A stretch of 64,000 nucleotides of DNA from an uncultured delta proteobacterium (GTDB taxonomy: Bacteria; Desulfobacterota; Binatia; UBA9968), in the NCBI GenBank assembly GCA_963745835.1, contig CAVUZH010000014.1:566756-630755 (forward strand), written 5' to 3'. The notes beneath the pieces were generated by a model. That model did not search any database and was not told the DNA's origin. It saw nothing but the letters and a program-made list of their open reading frames with translations. The position numbers and the translations under genes were made by a program. Shown piece after piece: positions 41,378-51,763 of the stretch; the first letter of the stretch is position 1; each line of letters starts with the position of its first letter.

Positions 41378-41599
41378 TTGCCTATCAAAGTAGACCCCAA
41401 CAAATGTGACGGCTGCGGCATTTGCGTTTACGATTGCGGCGCTGACGTCTTTCGCTTTAACGATAAAAAGGACAAAGTTTTCCCGTACGGTAACAAGTAC
41501 TGCGTCAACTGTTTTCTTTGCGAACTGGTGTGCCCTGAAGACGCGATCGAAGTAGTTCTAACGACGGCAAAACTAAACGGTAAGACTTCCGTTCCATGA
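41378..41599 (+). CDS. 2x[4Fe-4S] ferredoxin (AprB-like)
   Basis: CDGCGICVYDC and CVNCFLCELVCP. Confidence 0.9.
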   Translation: MPIKVDPNKCDGCGICVYDCGADVFRFNDKKDKVFPYGNKYCVNCFLCELVCPEDAIEVVLTTAKLNGKTSVP

Positions 41600-43278
41600 C
41601 CGATGTCGGCCAAATATTTGACTGTGACGTATTGATCATCGGCGGCGGCTTGGCTGCCTGCATGGCGGCCATCGAAGCGTCAAAGCGCGGCGCCGATGTG
41701 ATTCTCGTCGACAAGGGCAGACTCGGCAGAAGCGGTTCCAGCCCGACATCGGGAGGAGTACCGCAGGCCGCCTTCGGCCATGCGGATCCGAATGATAGCA
41801 AGGACGCGCACTTCAGCGACACGGTCATTGGCGGCGACTACATTCCCCATCAGAAAATCGTTCGAGCAGTGGTTTCGGAAATCACCGATCGGATTATTGA
41901 GCTCGAAGAAATCGGTCTTCACTTCAAAAAAACCGCGGATGGAAAGAAGTTTTACCAGGAGAAAAGACTGGGAAGCTCGTTCGCGCGCAGCGTTCCGCCG
42001 ATTGGCGGCAGCGTCGGCATGATGGGTACTCTCAGGAAAGAAGTTTTTAACCGCGAGGTCAACGTTCATCAGTGGACGATGATCACGAAGCTATTCAAAG
42101 ATCAGGACCGCGTTGCCGGCGCGCTTGGCCTGAATGTTCAGACCGGCGCAACCCGCCTGTACAAAGCCAAAGCTATTATTCTGGCGGCAGGCAGCGCCGT
42201 TGCTCTACAAAAATACACCAGCGCAAACTTCCAGACTACCGGCGACGCTTATGTTGCGGCCTTCGATATCGGTGCCGAGCTCGCAAACCTGGAGTTTTTA
42301 GAATTCACGCTAATCCCGGCTCCCAAAGGCATCACCGTTCCGATGGCGGGTCTGTCGCCTTTCACCAGCAAAGGTGGGCGATTTCTCAACGCGGCCGGAG
42401 AGCGTTTCTTGGAAAAGTACGATCCGGAAAGACTTGAGGGCACAACTCGAGCGATTCTCGTACAGGCCACTTACAAAGAGATGCTCGCCGGGCATGGGCC
42501 GATCTCAATCGATCCGTCGTTCATTCCCGACGAGAAGTGGGATGATGAGATTCAATATGAGTATGCACCCAAATTGTCGGCCGCCGGCATCGACTGCCGC
42601 CGCGACCGATTCGAGTGGGTTCCGGCACTTCATACGTTTCTCGGCGGTGTTTTCATCAACGAACGATGCGAATCTCGAGTTTCCGGGCTGTTTGCTTGCG
42701 GAGAGTCATCTACCGGCATGCATGGATCGAACCGGCTATCCGGCAATGCGATTGCCAGCTGCATGGTTCTCGGCGCTCGATCCGGAAAATTCGCGGCACT
42801 TTTCGCCGGCGCCAACGATTTTGCCAAGCTTGAACCATTGGCAGCTTCACAGGAGCTAAAACGGCTCGAAAGTTTTTACGGCGAGAGTAAATTGGACCCA
42901 AACGATTTAGAGCGGGAGATTAAAAATCTCGCCTGGGAATCGGCTGGCGTCGTCCGAAATGAAACCGGCCTCAAGGCAGGTGTTGATCGATTTGAAGAGA
43001 TTCGCCGCGACAAGATCCCGCTGTTAAAGGGCAACGATCAACGCAGCTGGATCAAAGCGTTAAACTGCGCGAACCTAGCATGGGTTGGAGAAATGGTGAC
43101 TAGGAGCGCGTTAGAACGACGGGAATCCCGGGGGCAGCATTACCGTGACGATTATCCAGTCAAGGAAAAAGGTTTGCCGAAGTGGATTAAAATTTCCAAA
43201 AATGAGAAGAGCATCGAGTGTAAAAGCGAGTCGATATCGTTTGGCGAAGGAGACCTGATGCCTGGCACCAAAGGATAG
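41596..43278 (+). CDS. SdhA/FrdA/AprA/NadB-superfamily flavoprotein
   Basis: DVLIIGGGLAA, HTFLGG, HGSNRLSGNA and RRESRGQHYRDDYP. Confidence 0.9.
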   Translation: MTDVGQIFDCDVLIIGGGLAACMAAIEASKRGADVILVDKGRLGRSGSSPTSGGVPQAAFGHADPNDSKDAHFSDTVIGGDYIPHQKIVRAVVSEITDRIIELEEIGLHFKKTADGKKFYQEKRLGSSFARSVPPIGGSVGMMGTLRKEVFNREVNVHQWTMITKLFKDQDRVAGALGLNVQTGATRLYKAKAIILAAGSAVALQKYTSANFQTTGDAYVAAFDIGAELANLEFLEFTLIPAPKGITVPMAGLSPFTSKGGRFLNAAGERFLEKYDPERLEGTTRAILVQATYKEMLAGHGPISIDPSFIPDEKWDDEIQYEYAPKLSAAGIDCRRDRFEWVPALHTFLGGVFINERCESRVSGLFACGESSTGMHGSNRLSGNAIASCMVLGARSGKFAALFAGANDFAKLEPLAASQELKRLESFYGESKLDPNDLEREIKNLAWESAGVVRNETGLKAGVDRFEEIRRDKIPLLKGNDQRSWIKALNCANLAWVGEMVTRSALERRESRGQHYRDDYPVKEKGLPKWIKISKNEKSIECKSESISFGEGDLMPGTKG

Positions 43279-43313
43279 CTGATGCCGGGCAGAGAAAAAT
43301 CACATTCTAGAAG

Positions 43314-44387
43314 TTGATGTTCCTGGCGCCCGTCATCTACTTCTTCGGCAGACATTTTGTTCTTGCTATTGCAAGGCCAAGTGATGTGAAGCTTTTGCCT
43401 TTCAAATCGCTGATTCCCTCCGTGACACTCTTATCTCTTCTGCTGATCTCAGGCATGACCGCAGCGGCCGACAAGCTCAGCTTGCTCTATTCCGCTCAGT
43501 CGGTATCGTACTCGATGCCCTGGATCGCGCAGGACGCCGGATTGTTTCGCAAGCACGACCTGGACGTTAAATTGGTCTACATCCCCTCCTCGGGCGTGGC
43601 CACCGCGGCTCTCCTCGGTGGCGACATTGAAATTGCTTTGGCTGGAGCGGTAGGCATTGTGCGCGCATTCGCTCAGGGCGCCCACGATTTGGTGTTCATC
43701 GGCGGCTTTAAGAACGAGCTCACGCACAACATTGTCGCGCGACCGGAAATCAAGCGACCGCCGGACCTTAAAGGCAAAGTCATCGGTGTCACCCGCCTTG
43801 GCAGCAACAGCCACTACTTCGCCGTGCAAGCGCTGCCACGCTTCGGCCTCGATCCGGCTCGCGATGTAATCTTCCGTCAAATAGGCGGCGATGTTGCTGC
43901 TCTTGCGGCGCTCATCAACGGCACTATCGATGCTATGGTGATGCTTACTTACGGTCAAAGCGCCATCGCGCAAGGGTTTCACTACGTCATCAACGGTCGC
44001 GACCTGCATATTCCTTACGCCGCTGCGAGTGTGACAACGCGTCGATCGGTGATGGCGCGTCGCCCTAAAGTCATTGCCGCCTATATGCGTTCATTGGCTC
44101 AGGCAGCCAAGATCTTTCACACGGACAAAGAGTATACGTTCAGAGTCTTATCGAAGTACCTGCGCATCGCCGATCGACGAATTGTCGAGAGTTCCTACGA
44201 AGCCGAGATGCCCGCTCTAGAACCACGGCTTGATATCCGAGAAGAGGCGATAAAGCCAGTCCTCGAAGATGTCGCACAATCGGATGCGCGGGCCAGGAAT
44301 ATCCAACCACAACAGCTGATCGATCGCCGCTATCTCGAGGAGATGGCAAAAAATGGATTTTTAGACAATCTATGGGCAGGCAAATAA
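43314..44387 (+). CDS. NMT1/SsuA-type substrate-binding protein
   Basis: Close paralog of 16998-18002. The true start is probably near 43386. Confidence 0.9.
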   Translation: MMFLAPVIYFFGRHFVLAIARPSDVKLLPFKSLIPSVTLLSLLLISGMTAAADKLSLLYSAQSVSYSMPWIAQDAGLFRKHDLDVKLVYIPSSGVATAALLGGDIEIALAGAVGIVRAFAQGAHDLVFIGGFKNELTHNIVARPEIKRPPDLKGKVIGVTRLGSNSHYFAVQALPRFGLDPARDVIFRQIGGDVAALAALINGTIDAMVMLTYGQSAIAQGFHYVINGRDLHIPYAAASVTTRRSVMARRPKVIAAYMRSLAQAAKIFHTDKEYTFRVLSKYLRIADRRIVESSYEAEMPALEPRLDIREEAIKPVLEDVAQSDARARNIQPQQLIDRRYLEEMAKNGFLDNLWAGK

Positions 44388-44401
44388 TCGCCGCGCCGCT
44401 C

Positions 44402-45007
44402 CTAGTGCCCCGTTGAAATTCCGCGTGACTTAAGGGTGCGCTCGATCTTTGCTTGATACAGCTTCATCAACTGGGCCCGCACTGAATCCCCTTCTATGAT
44501 CCCCAAGCCATGGGCTATAGCTTGTAGCGTCGCCATCCGTTCGGGTTTACTCTGGGCGCGCAGTTGAAAAATCGAATTGTTCGGCGTGCTGATCTTCACT
44601 CTTGGCAAATCTATTAGCTCTGGATGGCGAGAGTGGATTTTCCGTGCCTGCCGCCAGGTTCCGTCCGGAACCAGGAGCTGAATCGGCCTTGCCTCCTGCA
44701 TCACCAATGCTTGATCGAGTTCGACGGCATCAGCGGACGGATAAAAGAGAAAGCTTCGATACTGTCCGGTCAGCAGGTCTTTTAAATCCAGAGCTTCTCG
44801 TCGCTCCCCTCTAACGCGCACTTCGCTATTGACCAACGCTCTAATTGCTAGGAGACCTGTATTGCTGCGCCGCGACAGTTCTCTGTGATGAATCACCAGA
44901 CAAATCTTGGTCTTTAATTCAATTCTAGGGACCGCGTCGCACAGGCACGCTGTTGGAGATGCGCCGCAGGTCTCACAGCACCCGTTTATCGTTGCTTGAT
45001 GCTTCAT
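44402..45007 (-). CDS. DTW-domain tRNA aminocarboxypropyltransferase (TapT-like)
   Basis: N-terminal CxxC..CxC, SNTG and DGTWRQA. Confidence 0.88.
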   Translation of the reverse strand: MKHQATINGCCETCGASPTACLCDAVPRIELKTKICLVIHHRELSRRSNTGLLAIRALVNSEVRVRGERREALDLKDLLTGQYRSFLFYPSADAVELDQALVMQEARPIQLLVPDGTWRQARKIHSRHPELIDLPRVKISTPNNSIFQLRAQSKPERMATLQAIAHGLGIIEGDSVRAQLMKLYQAKIERTLKSRGISTGH

Positions 45008-45285
45008 TTAAGAGTGCGAAAATCCACTGACTTGGTCCCGAGGATTATCGGTTGTCCCTACATAGCTCGTGATTGACTCTGCTCTACACTGCATCGTTGT
45101 TCCAACGGTTTAACACGGCAACTTCTATTCCGCATCAGAGCGATACTTGAGCGCGCTTAGGGCCCGTGTGGAGGAACGGTCTCTTTGCTTTGAAATTCGG
45201 CGAAGCCAATTCCTTTCTTATAGACGGCGGACACGCTATAAAGAGCGATTAAAAAGGAGAGCACCCTATTCGCATCTTCGATTCG

Positions 45286-46464
45286 TTGCGCTACAGAGAT
45301 TACGCCTTATTCTGGTCCAGCGATCTATTGGGTTCCCTCGGCCACTTCGTCCAAGAGGTGGCGCTCTACTGGATCGCTTACGAGATCACCGGATCGGCGA
45401 TGGCATTGGGCATCTTGGGCCTGTGTGGCGCCGCGCCGCGTTTGCTCCTGGGAGCGCTCGGAGGCGTGCTGGTGGACCGCTACGACCGCAAGCGTCTGTT
45501 GATTCTCATCCAATTCTTTTCAACCCTTCCGGTGTTGGTCTTCCTGATCGTCTATACTTTTGGGGCGCTCCAATTTTGGCACCTGCTCGCTGTGGAAATT
45601 CTTTTTGGTTCGATCCGCGCCGTAAATCCTTCGGCCTCTCAGTCTATCCTTGCCGAGTTGGTGCCGCGCCAGGATTTGATGAATGCGGTTTCTCTCTACA
45701 CAATCGGTTTTAATTTCGCCCGCATCATCGGCCCGTCGCTGGGAGGTATTCTGATTCTGTGGATCGGCGTCCCTGGCTGCTATGGAATTTTTTTGATAAG
45801 CCTCATTCTTTCCGGATGCGGAATGGCGCTGATCCGATTGCAAGACCAACGAGCCGCTAATCCCGAGCAAGACTTCGTGCGCGAATTCAAGCAAGGCTTT
45901 CAGTACGTTTGGGCTTCACCCTTGATCTTGAGCAGCATCATCGCGGCCTATACCTTCAGCATTTTCATCGTCACCTATCAGCGCTTTATGCCGGTTTTCG
46001 CCAAGGAAATCTTTGAAGTCGGGCCGGACGGGTTAGGGTTGCTAATGGCAGCGCCGGGAATCGGTGCGATTGCATCCCTGACTTTTCTCGCGTCAGTGGG
46101 CGAGCGTTGGAACCGGGCATGGCTCTTGTGGATTACCACGACTCTGACGCCTATTTTTCTCATTCTTTTTTGCCTCTCTCCGGTGTTTTGGATTTCGGTG
46201 ATCTTACTTGGCATCGTCGGAGCAGGACAGGTCAGCTTCCGCACCATCAGCCGAGTGATCATTCAGATCGAGGTGCCGCGGGATCTTTTAGGACGGGTGA
46301 TGAGTGTCTTTAATATGGACCAGGGGATGCGCTCACTTGGTTCCGTGGTTCTGGGCGCGTTCGCCACACTGTTCGGCGCCTCTCTTGGGCTCGCCCTGAC
46401 GGCTGGTCTCTCGCTGATCATCACCACCACACTTTTTTACCGCCTGCTGGGACGGAGAGGGTGA
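45286..46464 (+). CDS. MFS transporter (MFS_3-like)
   Basis: 12 TM segments with GVLVDRYDRKRLL, NFARIIGPSLGG and LLGRVMS. Confidence 0.9.
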   Translation: MRYRDYALFWSSDLLGSLGHFVQEVALYWIAYEITGSAMALGILGLCGAAPRLLLGALGGVLVDRYDRKRLLILIQFFSTLPVLVFLIVYTFGALQFWHLLAVEILFGSIRAVNPSASQSILAELVPRQDLMNAVSLYTIGFNFARIIGPSLGGILILWIGVPGCYGIFLISLILSGCGMALIRLQDQRAANPEQDFVREFKQGFQYVWASPLILSSIIAAYTFSIFIVTYQRFMPVFAKEIFEVGPDGLGLLMAAPGIGAIASLTFLASVGERWNRAWLLWITTTLTPIFLILFCLSPVFWISVILLGIVGAGQVSFRTISRVIIQIEVPRDLLGRVMSVFNMDQGMRSLGSVVLGAFATLFGASLGLALTAGLSLIITTTLFYRLLGRRG

Positions 46465-46758
46465 TCGAAAGCTTTGATGGAACTCAGTGGAAGTTTTGCG
46501 CTAATGTCCAGCGATCAATCGCTTGACGCTATGCTCGCGCAGGTTTGCACGTTGATTGCTAAGAGTACTAAAGTATGTTAGCCGCAGAATTGACCCAGAC
46601 ATACTCAGCTGAAGAGCATGGTATTGCGCGGTCGGTTGCCGCACATTGCGAAACTCTGGCGCGCGTTGCTGGTCTGTAAAATCCAGCGTAACTTCACTTT
46701 TCTTGTGAGTCCTGTAGATCAGCGGTAGAGGCCAAGTCTTTTTATCGTTGATGAGTCG

Positions 46759-47691
46759 ATGGCCGCAGCAACATTTTCGTCGGCGCGAACTGCCTATAAC
46801 AAACTGACCTCGCTAGTCAGTTTGATCATACCAGCATTTTGGCAATGGTATAATCACAACGCTTTCCAGATGGCGGCTGCGCTTGCCTACTACACTCTTG
46901 TCTCATTGGCGCCGCTGATCATTATTCTGATCGCCATTGTCGGTCCATTCTTTGGAACCGCTGCAACCGAAAACTACATCGTCGGGGCGATCGCCAGCAT
47001 CGCCGGTGAGGAAAGCGCGAGGGCAGTCCAGGCAATTGTCCACAACGCTAACCAGTATGGCAGTGGCGTGCTCGCGTCCGTGGTCGGAGTCACCCTATTG
47101 TTGCTGGGCGCCGGCGCCGTCGTCGGTCAACTGCAACAATCGCTTAACGTCATCTTTGGAGTCACGCCCAAAGCGGATATCGACTGGTGGGCTTTCATTC
47201 GCGCCCGGTTTTTCTCCTATGCAATGCTTCTAGCGATCGGCTTTCTTCTGCTGGTATCGCTTATTGTCACGACGATTTTATCGGCGATCAGCAAATACTT
47301 CGGAGATCTTCTGCCCTACCTTGCCGCGATCTGGCCGGCCGTCGACCTGGCCTCATCTTTCGCTCTGGTCGCGCTCCTGTTTGCGATGATCTACAAGATT
47401 TTGCCCGACGTAAATATTGCCTGGAAAGATGCCCTGATCGGAGCGGCTTTGACTTCCTTCCTGTTTAGCGTGGGAAAGTTTTTAATCGGCCTGTATCTGG
47501 GAAGAAGCACCGTTGCCGCTGCCTACGGCGCAGCCGGATCAGTGGTGACGATCCTACTGTGGGTTTATTACTCGGCGCTGATAGTATTTTTCGGGGCTGA
47601 AATAACCCAGCTCTATGCGAGCCAAATCGGCAGCGGCGTCAATGCCAATGAGCTAGCCGATAAAACCGAACCGGCCGAAAGAAACCCGTGA
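46759..47691 (+). CDS. YihY/virulence factor BrkB family membrane protein
   Basis: AAALAYYTLVSLAP and YGAAGSVVTILLWVYYSA. Confidence 0.93.
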   Translation: MAAATFSSARTAYNKLTSLVSLIIPAFWQWYNHNAFQMAAALAYYTLVSLAPLIIILIAIVGPFFGTAATENYIVGAIASIAGEESARAVQAIVHNANQYGSGVLASVVGVTLLLLGAGAVVGQLQQSLNVIFGVTPKADIDWWAFIRARFFSYAMLLAIGFLLLVSLIVTTILSAISKYFGDLLPYLAAIWPAVDLASSFALVALLFAMIYKILPDVNIAWKDALIGAALTSFLFSVGKFLIGLYLGRSTVAAAYGAAGSVVTILLWVYYSALIVFFGAEITQLYASQIGSGVNANELADKTEPAERNP

Positions 47692-47777
47692 CAAATGGCA
47701 GTACACGACAAACGCCTGCACGAAGAGCGCGACGTTCTCATCGCCAGTGATCCCAGCATCAGCTCTTGAGGCGGCCG

Positions 47778-47907
47778 AGCAGGCTGCTCAAAAAGAGCCA
47801 GATACGACGCCCGCGGAAATCGACGAGTGGAGGCGCTACCTATGTACGTCGTAGCGACACGATCGACTGCAACGATGCCTATGAGTTTTAGATCAGCAGC
47901 CTGCTAG
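47778..47907. repeat. MITE-like element copy
   Basis: Terminal inverted repeats AGCAGGCTGCTCAAAA...TCAGCAGCCTGCTAG with an internal palindrome. Confidence 0.8.
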
Positions 47908-48251
47908 CTCTTGACCGATAGCTGCTTAGCGCAGGCTTCCGAAACCCCGCTCTCGGCCTTGTCCTCGCCAGGCATGATCGCCCAACTCTGAGTATCGATA
48001 TAGCGGCTCTTGTCCCAGTTGTCTTTGCCCTTCATGTCGATCAGCTTCTGGCTCTTTGCGGTGTCCCGGTTGAACTGCGCAACGCAAATCGTCCCTAGCC
48101 GCTCGGCCACCGCGGTGGCCGAAATCTCCTTCGCCATTATTCGGGCCCCGCCGTCGGTCATCCACCCGGCGGCGTTAAAGCCGACGTACATGGTCACCAG
48201 CGAGCCGCCGACGACACCCCATGACACTAATTTAATCTTTTCCCAATCCAT
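47904..48251 (-). CDS. hypothetical membrane-anchored protein
   Basis: N-terminal TM segment and two Cys. GGAGG RBS. Confidence 0.8.
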   Translation of the reverse strand: MDWEKIKLVSWGVVGGSLVTMYVGFNAAGWMTDGGARIMAKEISATAVAERLGTICVAQFNRDTAKSQKLIDMKGKDNWDKSRYIDTQSWAIMPGEDKAESGVSEACAKQLSVKS

Positions 48252-48564
48252 CAGACACCTCCCTTAGGTGCGGACTTTGAGCACGCCGATTCAACTCACT
48301 GCAGCAGTGACAAATCCAATAGTCCGAGTATCTTTTTGTGACGGAGTATTCTGCGCAAATTTCACAGTGGCGATGTTGGCAGCGCTCACAACCGGCGCTG
48401 CCAGTCGATCCCGAGACGCGCCCGGCCTTTGCCCATGCCTGCTTCGCAGAAGCGGCTTCTACAAGAAAAACTCTTTTTTTGTGGCCAACTGGGTATTGTT
48501 GAGTCACCCGTTCGATGACATGGTTTCCGACATCAACCGCATAAAACGCCATAATACCTTCCAT
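48232..48564 (-). CDS. hypothetical Cys-rich protein
   Basis: CERC..CEIC..CHCC motifs. Overlaps the start of the downstream gene. Confidence 0.65.
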   Translation of the reverse strand: MEGIMAFYAVDVGNHVIERVTQQYPVGHKKRVFLVEAASAKQAWAKAGRVSGSTGSAGCERCQHRHCEICAEYSVTKRYSDYWICHCCSELNRRAQSPHLREVSDGLGKD

Positions 48565-48958
48565 TCTTTCAGGCGAGACCTCATGCCAGAGTTACTTAGC
48601 ACAGACTTTGGTTCTCAGCCTGTGCCGACTTCACGGGGATTGCTGTCTACTAGTGAACAAACCTAAAACATTATTTACCGGGCGAGGGGTAAGCACGGCC
48701 ATCCTGAGGCAACCTCTCCGGCCAGTCGGTAATTAATCAGTATTTCCGGTAACTTCTCGATCCGCTCTCCTAGTGCTTCATCTTGGATTGCGGCTCCTAA
48801 ACCCCCAACACACGATCTTCAGTGATATGCGTCGTGAAAGTAGCTGGCGGCTGACTACTCCAGTGTCAAGGTTGATCATCCGAGCCCACCTTTACTTTAC
48901 GCCCGGTTGAGAATTGATATAAGGTGGCGCTAATTTTTAAAACGAATGGTAGTGACTT

Positions 48959-50638
48959 ATGAGCAACGAAAAATCTGCGACAGTGACGAAGCTGACGGTG
49001 ATACCGCCGCGCCAATATCCGGATCTGCACGAGCATCTCGACAGGCTCGAACGCGAAGGGCTGTTGATCCGGGTCAAAGAACCGGTGGACAAGGACCAAG
49101 AGATGCATCCGCTGGTGCGCTGGCAGTTTCGCGGCGGTATCAAGGAGAAGGATCGTAAGGCGTTTCTTTTTGAGAAGCCGGTAGACGCTAAAGGTAAGAC
49201 TTACGATATCCCCGTCGCCATTGGCATCTTAGCAGCCAACCGAACAATCTACGGAATCGGTCTCGGCTGTGATCCAACTAAGGTAAACCAGTTGTGGGCC
49301 GAAGCGAAAACCAATCCGATCGCGCCGGTGGAGATTCCTACCGAAGCCGCGCCGGTCCATGAAGTTGTCTATCAAGAGGACGATTTCAAAGTACCCGGGC
49401 AAGGCGTCGATGGCATCCCGGTGCCGATCTCGACCCCCGGTTGGGACAACGCGCCTTATATCAGCGCCGCGCATTTCATCACAAAAGATCCTGACAGCGG
49501 CATTCATAACATCGGCACCTACCGCGCCATGATCAAGTCGCCGGACCGGGTCGGCTGCAACCCGTCGTTGGAATTGGGCCAAGGCATCTACGTGCACTGG
49601 GAAAAGTACCGAGCGCGTCAGGAAAGAATGCCGGCGGCTTTGTGCATCGGCGGGGTGCCGGCGATTTCCTACGTCGCCGCGCAGAAACTGAATTACGACG
49701 TCGACGAGTTCGCCGTCGCTGGTGGCCTGGTCAAAGCGCCGATCCGCGTTGTCAAAGCGAAGACCGTGCCTCTGATGGTTCCCGCAGACGCGGAAATCAT
49801 CATCGAAGGCTGGGTGAATACCGAATGGTTGGAGCCCGAGGCGCCGTTCGGCGAGTCCCACGGCCACGTCAATCCCAAAGAATACAATCCGTATATGGAA
49901 GTGACCGCGATTACGCGGCGCAAGAAAGCCATCTTATGCTCGATCATCAGCCAGGTGACGCCATCGGAATCCAGCGTGATCAAAAAGATGGCGTACGAAC
50001 CGCTCTACCTCGATCACCTGAAGAACGTGCTCGGGGTCAAATGCGTCACCCGCGTCATGCTGCACGAGCCGTTGACGGCAACGCAGAAGTTGACCGTGAT
50101 CCAGATGCGCAAGCCGAGCCGGGCGGAAGTCTGGCGCGCCATGATGGGAGCGGTGGCTTTCCGGCCGTCGATGTCCAAGATCGTCATCGCCGTGGACGAA
50201 GATATTGATCCCGAAAATATGGATGCGGTTTTTTGGGCGCTGGGCTATCGCTCGCAACCGCATCGAGATGTGCAAATTATCCGCGGCACGGATATCGGCC
50301 ATGCGCCGCGCCACGACGCGCGCGGTTCCGCCGACGACTCTTGCCTGCTGTGGGACGCAACATTGAAAGAGACGTTCCCGCCGATCTCGCTGCCCAAACA
50401 AGAATACATGGAGCGCGCCCGCAAATTATGGGAGAAGCTCGATCTTCCCAAACTGGAGCCCGAATCACCGTGGCATGGCTACTCCCTTGGCGATTGGAAC
50501 CCGGAACTTGACGAAGAAGCGAAGCTCGCTGTCGCCGGCGAGTTTTGGCAAACCGGCAAGAAGATCGCGCTCGAGCGCCGCCGCACTGAGGAGATGCCTT
50601 TGAATACTTCATATTACGGACATCAGAAGGAAAAATGA
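48959..50638 (+). CDS. UbiD-family prFMN-dependent decarboxylase
   Basis: HNIGTYR, VPADAEIIIEG, EAPFGESHG and VIAVDEDID. Confidence 0.93.
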   Translation: MSNEKSATVTKLTVIPPRQYPDLHEHLDRLEREGLLIRVKEPVDKDQEMHPLVRWQFRGGIKEKDRKAFLFEKPVDAKGKTYDIPVAIGILAANRTIYGIGLGCDPTKVNQLWAEAKTNPIAPVEIPTEAAPVHEVVYQEDDFKVPGQGVDGIPVPISTPGWDNAPYISAAHFITKDPDSGIHNIGTYRAMIKSPDRVGCNPSLELGQGIYVHWEKYRARQERMPAALCIGGVPAISYVAAQKLNYDVDEFAVAGGLVKAPIRVVKAKTVPLMVPADAEIIIEGWVNTEWLEPEAPFGESHGHVNPKEYNPYMEVTAITRRKKAILCSIISQVTPSESSVIKKMAYEPLYLDHLKNVLGVKCVTRVMLHEPLTATQKLTVIQMRKPSRAEVWRAMMGAVAFRPSMSKIVIAVDEDIDPENMDAVFWALGYRSQPHRDVQIIRGTDIGHAPRHDARGSADDSCLLWDATLKETFPPISLPKQEYMERARKLWEKLDLPKLEPESPWHGYSLGDWNPELDEEAKLAVAGEFWQTGKKIALERRRTEEMPLNTSYYGHQKEK

Positions 50639-50744
50639 GATTCCAGAGACTCAATGTTTATTTGAATAGCGCTCTTAATTGAGAGCCAGCCACTATCCCA
50701 CAACGAACGCCGGCGGGCCACTACAGACAAAAGTAAATCTATTT

Positions 50745-50819
50745 GACCACAAAGCACAAAGAGCACGAAATTTAAATAAGATCTCCCATCGTTCGTGTGC
50801 TTCGTGCTCTTCGTGGTGA
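50745..50819. repeat. REP-like palindrome
   Basis: ACCACAAAGCACAAAGAGCACGAA...TTCGTGTGCTTCGTGCTCTTCGTGGT. Related halves occur near 9360-9560 and 55890. Confidence 0.65.
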
Positions 50820-50845
50820 GTAGAGCTAATCAGAAGGAGTCTTCA

Positions 50846-51760
50846 ATGAATTATAAGGCGCTCAGATGGTCGGTGCACGACAATCCGTCGAATCCCGGCG
50901 AACCTGCCATCGGCGTGATCACGCTCAACCGTCCGGACCGGCTCAATGCGGTCGATCCGCTAATGCGTTTGGAACTCGATGCCCTGTGCAACGAAATCGC
51001 TCGCAACTCCATCGTCAAAGTCGTGATCGTTACCGGCGAAGGCCGGGGCTTTTGCGCCGGCGGCGATCTCACCTCCGAAGGGGAAGTGTTGGGCGCCTTC
51101 GAAGGCAGCATGGGCATCACCGGGCCTTATAAAGAAATGGCGGAGTACTTCTTCAACGACCTGCGCCATCGCGTCTTGCAGAGCGCCATGCGCAAGCTCG
51201 AAGATCTGCCGCAAGTGACAATCGCCGCCATCAATGGACCGGCGGTCGGCGTTGGCCTGGAGATGGCTACCTTGTGCGATATGAGAATCGCGTCTGATCG
51301 CGCGCGCTTTGGCGAAGTCGCCGTGCCGGCGGGGTTCGTGCCCGAGAGCGGCGGCGCGAGAAATCTTCCCAAGCTCATCGGCATCGGCCGAGCGATGCGC
51401 TTGATCCTCACCGGTGAAATCATCGATGCTAAGGAGGCATTGCGCATCGGCTTAGTCGAAGAGGTTGTTCCCCACGACAAGCTCCTCGACACAGTAGTCG
51501 AACTTGCCGGTAAAATCGCCGCGAATCCCTATCTCTCGGTGCGCCAAGCCAAGCGCTTGGTAAAAATGTATTGGAACTGGAATCGCACCGACGAAGGTTA
51601 CCAGCAAGAGTTGGACGCGGTGTTGGAAATCACCCGCACGAAAGATTGTCAGGAGGGCATGCGCGCCTTCAGCGAGAAGCGCCAGCCGCGATATAGTTAT
51701 CCGTACGATGCCGCCTGGCCATTTCCGTCCAAGGCGCCGGCCAAAAAGAAGCAGAAATAG
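50846..51760 (+). CDS. enoyl-CoA hydratase/isomerase family protein
   Basis: ITLNRPDRLNA, FCAGGDL and AAINGPAVGVGLE. AAGGAG RBS. Confidence 0.93.
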   Translation: MNYKALRWSVHDNPSNPGEPAIGVITLNRPDRLNAVDPLMRLELDALCNEIARNSIVKVVIVTGEGRGFCAGGDLTSEGEVLGAFEGSMGITGPYKEMAEYFFNDLRHRVLQSAMRKLEDLPQVTIAAINGPAVGVGLEMATLCDMRIASDRARFGEVAVPAGFVPESGGARNLPKLIGIGRAMRLILTGEIIDAKEALRIGLVEEVVPHDKLLDTVVELAGKIAANPYLSVRQAKRLVKMYWNWNRTDEGYQQELDAVLEITRTKDCQEGMRAFSEKRQPRYSYPYDAAWPFPSKAPAKKKQK

Positions 51761-51763
51761 TCG

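Noticed and set aside
41378-43278. Calling the pair aprBA or sdhAB
   Set aside because: There are no sat/qmo/dsr genes or Sdh anchors, the ferredoxin lacks the AprB tail, and the flavoprotein lacks the SdhA covalent-FAD His. Only a superfamily-level call is supported.
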